Shown piece by piece: positions 58,001 through 64,000 of a stretch of DNA of 64,000 nt. Below the pieces are notes generated by a model. That model was not told the origin of the DNA. It made no database searches and saw only the letters and a list, made by a program, of their open reading frames with translations. The stretch is from Octopus vulgaris (lineage: Eukaryota): contig OX597827.1 of NCBI GenBank assembly GCA_951406725.2, positions 84,568,001 to 84,632,000 on the forward strand, written 5' to 3'. Positions within the stretch are counted from its first letter, which is position 1. Each line of letters starts with the position of its first letter. The position numbers and the translations under genes are program-made.

Positions 58001-58100
58001 TGCTGTGGCGTGTGGGACGAATCCGACTATCTGCTGAATCCACTGAGGAGATTGCCCCGCCGCCCTCCTTTGGCCGGGAGGGGCAGGGAATTTTTATTTG
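55004..58100 (+). pseudogene. ORF2 remnant (APE endonuclease, RT, zinc finger)
   Basis: MVTTLRIGCKNVRGL...DVAAISES (APE), LNQSKAFDRVDH, VRQGCPLS; YADD partly deleted (CPTDDVTV); CSRCAHNDETV. Confidence 0.88.
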
Positions 58101-58104
58101 TCTT

Positions 58105-58135
<31 letters not shown>

Positions 58136-58672
58136 TTAGTCGTACTGGATGCACGTGTGCATTCTTGCAAGTAAGTCTAATCTTTAATTTGTGTCTGCAA
58201 ATGTTGATTGTTTAATTTGTTCCAAAACCTTTATGGAAACCACCGCCATTGCAAAGGTCTGCCTTCTACCCACAAATACAAGGGGAGGTGGGCACCTCCC
58301 AGTTTCAAACTACAGTGACCTACACTATTACTATGACAACAAACAACAGTAGCAACGACAGCACAGCTCTGAAGCAGATTTTCCCGCAATAAATCAGACA
58401 ATACCAAAGACATCAGCTGCAACAATAAATCTACGAACCACTACTTAACCCGCCACCACCACCACCAGCCATTCAAGAATTTGGACCTGGAGATCTCCAT
58501 TTCCAGCGACTTCGAGGGCCACCTCCCAGTGGTGTCGGGCGTCAACAAAGAGCCCTCGACTACAACAAGACGACCAAAGTTTTTCTTTTTTCCCGCCCCT
58601 AAGCCCTAGACCATCACCTAATCACCCTGACCCATCTTGTTGCTTAACAACAACAACAACCACCAGCACCAC

Positions 58673-59000
58673 TGAGAGAGACCGCCTTCTGTGATGAATG
58701 ACCATGGGATTGCACCTAGAAAGTTCTCCTCTGAGGCACCAGTGCGGGCAAGGTTGTTTTATGGAAGACCAACAGTCGCCCATGCATACCGGCCTCCCCT
58801 CTCCATGCTGCCGATGTTTCCCAAGGGAAAGGCAAAGATCGATACGAATTGGCACCTGTGACGTCACAATTGATTTCTACAGCTGAGTGAACAGGAGCAA
58901 CGTGAAATAAAGTGTCTTGTTCAAGAACACAACACAAAGAATCGACCTCACTACCTCATGATTATGAGTCCGATGTTCTAACTACTGAGGCATGCGCCAC
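58673..59000 (-). mobile_element. SINE family C (CORE-like)
   Basis: Minus strand gtgttgtgttcttgaacaagacactttatttcacgttgctcc...cagctgtagaaat; flanked by CAA/CAC repeats. Confidence 0.7.
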
Positions 59001-59534
59001 CACTACAACAACAATATTTCCATTGTGAATTACAACAACAAAAACAATAACAACATTACATTCGCAGCAATGGCTGCAAAAGTTTAATCCTCGACAACAG
59101 GAACAGCAACACCAGCATCAACAGCAACACCACTACAGCAGAAAGAATAACAGACATACACGACAGCTCGGACTTCTCCCAACGAAGTTCTTCGTCTCCC
59201 ACTTTCTCTCCGACTCCTCTAAACTCATACACAGATTCTCTCACCTCGATTCCACAGATACGGATACATCTGTATCACGCAACGAAAAAGAGGGGGAACC
59301 CCCCCCCAAATCAAAATTAAAACAATAAAATATCGTGTTTTACATCAGCACACACCAAAACACACAGAAAACATACCCGTAACAGTCGTAGATACACTTA
59401 CAACATCACCATCCCCTCCATCAGCATAATCGTCAACACATTTACTGCTATCACATCCAGCTCCATCTCAATTGCAAAAGTCCGCGAAAAGAAAACACCC
59501 CCAGCAGCAGCAGCAACGAGCAGCCTCACAAATC

Positions 59535-60118
59535 CGCAACTGTTGACGCGGGTAGACAAGATCTGGTTATCAGCTGAGTCGATCGTTACGATCGTCCTGC
59601 CATCGACCGGGAAGGGAAAGCAGCTTCCCTTTGTCTGGTCGCTATGGCAAAAGAAGCAGTGTGGTGAATGAGGTTGAAACGACTGACGACATATACCCCT
59701 TCCTCTTCAGCAAGGTCTCCTCGACTTTTTCAAGTTCTACTTGGAAAGGACAGCGAGGGCAGAGAGGGAAATTCTGCCCCCAACCCTGTATTTTGGCTGA
59801 AAGGTGGGTAAATGTGAATATAGCGTGAGTGGCCTGTGTGAATGGGACTACTCTGAGTACGCGCCTGTAGGCAGGCGGGAATGGAAGGGAGAGGGTTGCC
59901 TGCCCGAGGTGTCTATGGTGTTCGGGCTGTCCAGGATGTGTGGGATTCCTTGGTTTCTCCTTGGTGGAACTTCCCCCACCTTTTGAGGAATTTCATTGTT
60001 CGAATTTTATTATTGTTATTGTTTTTTTACTCTTTACTCGTACAATATGTAAGTCTCCTCATCCTCTGTGCTGTACCCTCCTTTACTTTTGTGTGCGGTC
60101 TCAGTGGCCAATAAAGAA
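59535..60118 (+). mobile_element. Short 5'-truncated Tx1-family 3' end
   Basis: Homologous to 37915-38250 (ttatcagctgagtc, gctatggcaaaagaa); ends gtggccaataaagaa like the 35.8-kb copy. Confidence 0.8.
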
Positions 60119-60121
60119 CAG

Positions 60122-61635
60122 GATTATTATTATTATTCATATAGACTGTAGGAAGAGAAAAGAATCCTAACATCGACTACAACAAGTTGCCTTTGATGCC
60201 AAGAACCCTCCTAAGTATCCTAGCTGACCCTAATGACACTGTTTTCTGCAGCTGTACTTAACTGGGTTTTATACCTATTTCCTTTATCCATCTGTTCAGA
60301 TCTTTAGGGATAGCTCCCAATGCACCTATAACTACTGGGATACATTTTACCCGCATTTTCCATAGTCTCTATAATTAAATAGCTAGGTCCTTTTTTTCTA
60401 TACTTCTCTTATTAATTTTTTCATCGTTTGGGACTGTAAAGTCAATTATCTGCCACTGTCTGTTCTTCTATTCTGCTACCAACTCTGGCCTTCTAGCATC
60501 TATTACTCTGTCAGTTTGAATATTCAAGTCCCACAACATCTTGTACTTCTTACTTTCTAGTACTTTACTAGGTTCATGTTCATACCACTTATCAACATGT
60601 TCAAATCCTAGCTTTCTACAAAGCTTCCAGTAGATTGTTCTCCCTAGATTGTCATGTCTTGTATTCATTCTGTGCCAGCATGCTACATCCACTTACTATA
60701 TGAGTAACGCTTTCCTCTTTTAATCTACATTGGGAATATACTGGGTTTTTGTCTATTTTGGCATTTATCCAGTTAGTCCTTAATGCTTGATCTTGTGCAT
60801 TCCCTTATGCAGCCATAAACATGTCTCGCTACTATTGTTTGCTGAAAGTATGTTTGGGAATCTACCATGCAACTCCTTCTCTTGCCAGTCATATAATTTC
60901 TGTTCGTTTGGTGTTTTGGTTTCCCTATGGCTTTCTGTGACTCTAGCAGCTTTTAATAAACTTTCTTTACTATTACCTACATAGGAGTCTATATCTACTC
61001 TAGCTAACTCCACGCAATCTTCCACCTTTCTTTCTATGTAGGTATAATCTTGCTACTCCTGCCCTTGGATGGAGTCCTCAATTCATATTGAGTTCCATCC
61101 TAATTCTTCTGTCTAGCTTTGCTAATTCATATTTTGCCCAATCTACAAAAGCTGCTGATTATCTAAGTAAAGATACTTTCCAAGTATTTACAGCCTTCAC
61201 TAGAATCGAACCATTTAGCTTTGACTCCATTAACTTCTTCACCCTTCTGATGTACTCCTTCTCAACTTTCGTTTTCATTTCTGTTGTTAGTACTCTGTCA
61301 GATTCTATTACTCCTAGATACTGATAATTCTCTCCTTCTTTTAGTGATTTTAATGCCTGGCCATCTGGTAACTGGGTGCCTCCACTATTGACTACCTGTT
61401 CCCTTTATCATGACTAATATTCCACACTTATCTATGCCAAATTCCATGGCTGCATCTTCGCTGAAGAGTTTTATAATCTGTATTAAGGACTCTATCTCTT
61501 TTTCATTCTTACTAAAAAGCTTCGGACCATCCAGGTAAAGCAAAAATGGTTAATTTTCCCATTAGTTTATCTGAACTGATATCCCGCCTTTGCCTTCCTT
61601 AACAATAAACTGACGGGGATCAAACATAGAACAAA
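60122..61635 (-). mobile_element. 5'-truncated R4/Dong-clade LINE (RT C-terminus, zinc-finger region, REL endonuclease) with (AAT)n tail
   Basis: INH..LYLDG; RHDNLGRTIYWKLCRKLG...WYEHEP...LWDLNIQTDRVIDARRPEL. Confidence 0.85.
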
Positions 61636-61723
61636 TATTCTTTTTTACTCCTGGCCCAAAGGCCTGAGATTTAGGGGGGGGGGGGGCGGTAGTCGATTTC
61701 ATTGACCCTAGTGTTTAACTGGA

Positions 61724-62960
61724 GAACTAGGACGAGGTAACGAACAGGGTGGTCAATCTCACACAAAAATGGGCCGGGAGAAAGCTATCCATGAAAGGCC
61801 GAAGTAGCGAATGCATACATCACCTCCGTCATACATTACCGCATGACCATCGTACCGTGCCCCAGTTTAAGCGTGACCAAACTGGAGCGCGTACTTTACC
61901 ACTTTCTGTGGAAGGGGCGCGTTCCATTTGTCAGGTGCTCCATTTACGGTCAACACCCGGTGAATGGAGGGCTGGGCATGCCGTGGCTACTGATGCGCGA
62001 ACATGTGCTGAGGTTGCAACATCTCCAGTGCTTCCTAGACGATAAGCTAATGTGGCCGCCGTTTGTCTGACACAGCTCATCTCTTTGTTTGACCTACATT
62101 TCTGGATCAAGCGTAGACCGAAACCGGGTGCCTGGTGTCGTCAGGCAATCTAGTAAGTAAAAGCTCCACTCAGGTGTTCTACAGAGATTTAGTGGTGGGT
62201 AAGTGCGACGACGTTTTTGGGGAGGTTCTGGGCGTCGATGAGAATGAGTTGGATGGTCAGTTCCAGAGGACTTTCGGGCCGGGGCCCATGGAATACTTCC
62301 AGAAACCCCTGGCCTGGCAGTGCTACTGAGGGATATTGCCGCTTCGGGATAAACTCTACAGGCATGGAAGTGCCGTCAGCTGGGTTTGCCCGAGGTGCGC
62401 ACTCTCGTCCAGTGCCCGAGCATTGCTGACTTGTGGGTTTATGTGGAACACCTGTAGGACGGATCCGGCTATCAGCTGAGTCCACCGTGAAGATCGTTCC
62501 CACCGCCTTCCTTTGGTCGGGACGAGCAGGCAGTATTTCTTTGTCACTTGGATTTAACAAAAAAGGTTGTGTGGTAGACCAGGATGAAAGAACTGAAGAC
62601 AGACACGTTCCTCTTTAGCCAGCCCTCATCAACTTCTTCAAATTTTACTTGAAAGGGAAAGTAAGGGTGGAGAGGGAAGTGCTTCCTCCAAGTAATTATT
62701 TTAAAAGGTGGGTGAATGTAGCGCGAATGGCCCGAATGAACTGGTCACCTCTAGATTGAGATTAGATGAAGTGGAGAGGGATCTTGCCCTAGAGGTCTGG
62801 GGGATCGTGGTTTTTGTAGGGTTTCCACGAGTAGCCCTTGGAAACTCTTTTGGTAATTTATTTGTTATAGTTTTTATTGTTATTACATTTTTTACACCAT
62901 TAAATCCCATTACTTTTGTGTTGTCTTGTGTTCTGTCCCCGGTCTTTTGTATAAACCCTC
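61724..62960 (+). mobile_element. Decayed 5'-truncated Tx1-family copy
   Basis: QKWAGRKLSMKGR, HPVNGGLGMPWL, TFGPGPMEYFQKPLAWQCY collinear with the other copies. Confidence 0.85.
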
Positions 62961-62984
62961 AATGATGAATAGAGAAAAGGTTAT

Positions 62985-63140
62985 ATATTCAGACTCTTTA
63001 CTTACTGAATTCAAATCCCGCCAAGGTCAACTCTACTTTCAGTTCCTTCGGACTCAATACGATAAAGTACCAGTGAAGCCCTGGGCTTGATGGAATCGGC
63101 TAACCCCTCCCGTCAAAGTTTCCTAAATTAGAAAACATTA
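62985..63140 (+). mobile_element. SINE family B, decayed
   Basis: ctgaattcaaatcccgccaaggtcaac...aaagtaccagt. Confidence 0.55.
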
Positions 63141-63641
63141 TGTCTTCAATCTTCACTTCTCAGATTCCTCTCGTACATTGTCTTTAGTCGTCAATCTTCA
63201 ATCTTGGTCAGTCTTTAATATTTATTCATCTACTTCCTATTCAGTCATCCCCCCTCTCTTCCCTCTGACTTCACACCCTCTCCTCTAAAACATAATCTTC
63301 TTTTCTCATTCATTGACATCAATTCTTCGCTAGTCCCCTGTTATCAACCCTACCCACAATGCCATTCTGCTACTTCTCCCCAACTACCCCTCCACTTCCA
63401 CTACCGCTTCATCTTATACCAGTAATTAAGGCAACCACAGCAGTTTTCTATTTTATCCGTGTTATTGTAGTTGCTCCTCTGATTTGTGTTGTTGTTGTTG
63501 TCGCCGATGATGATGACAATGATGATGGATTCTTTTTTTAATGCAATTAAATCTTCAAATTTCACATTTAATTCAGCTTTTGTCTTTTCCATCTTGCTGT
63601 CAAGATGAGGAGGGGATAATGGAGTGGGAAGGAGAGGAAAG

Positions 63642-63693
<52 letters not shown>

Positions 63694-64000
63694 AGAAGGA
63701 AAGAAAGAAAGAAAGAAACTGGTCCAACTAAGCGATAGAAACCATGAAAATAATAACAAAGATAAAACTGGGTTGGAAGGAATGAAATGTGTGTGAAAAG
63801 ATAGTCATACTTGTGTGTATGCGTGAATGTGTGTGTGTATGCGTGAATGTGTGTATGTATGTATGTATGTGTGTGTGTGTGTGTGTATGTATGTGTGTGT
63901 GTGGTGCGGACCATTAATTATGTCAGTGGAATACAATCTTGAAACCTGTTAGTTTTGCATTGAGAGTTTTGGGAAATGAAAACAACTGGGGATGGAGAGG

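Larger units (their letters stand above)
53040..58100 (+). mobile_element. Near full-length decayed Tx1/L1-clade LINE (5' UTR, ORF1, ORF2), broken at a (TCT)n tract
   Basis: ORF1 zinc knuckle, APE start and RT collinear with 35805-38250; the 5' boundary is approximate. Confidence 0.88.

Overview
Eukaryotic, AT-rich, repeat-saturated non-coding DNA. The SINE families and the very high microsatellite density suggest a coleoid cephalopod (Octopus-like), which is an inference. No host protein-coding gene, rRNA, tRNA or CRISPR array can be supported, and nearly all listed ORFs are microsatellite read-throughs. Identifiable content: four Tx1/L1-clade LINE copies (one near full length with ORF1 zinc knuckle, APE endonuclease and RT), two R4/Dong-clade LINE fragments, two CR1-group RT fragments, a decayed DD34D mariner with TIRs, non-autonomous Helitrons (including a head-to-tail pair), a fold-back MITE, several tRNA-derived SINE families, and Penelope-like element (PLE) remnants. 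Best finding: a 352-bp non-coding, partially tandem unit at 17493-18099 carrying an intact type I hammerhead ribozyme (minus strand, 17703-17747) with a palindromic stem III. Its inverted duplicate starts at that stem III, making it a candidate non-LTR retrozyme or PLE pseudo-LTR. Five further decayed hammerhead-like motifs of different sequence occur in the window. A Naiad-type PLE remnant has TGA at a conserved Cys position, a possible selenocysteine relic. All calls were made by eye, and boundaries of decayed elements are approximate.
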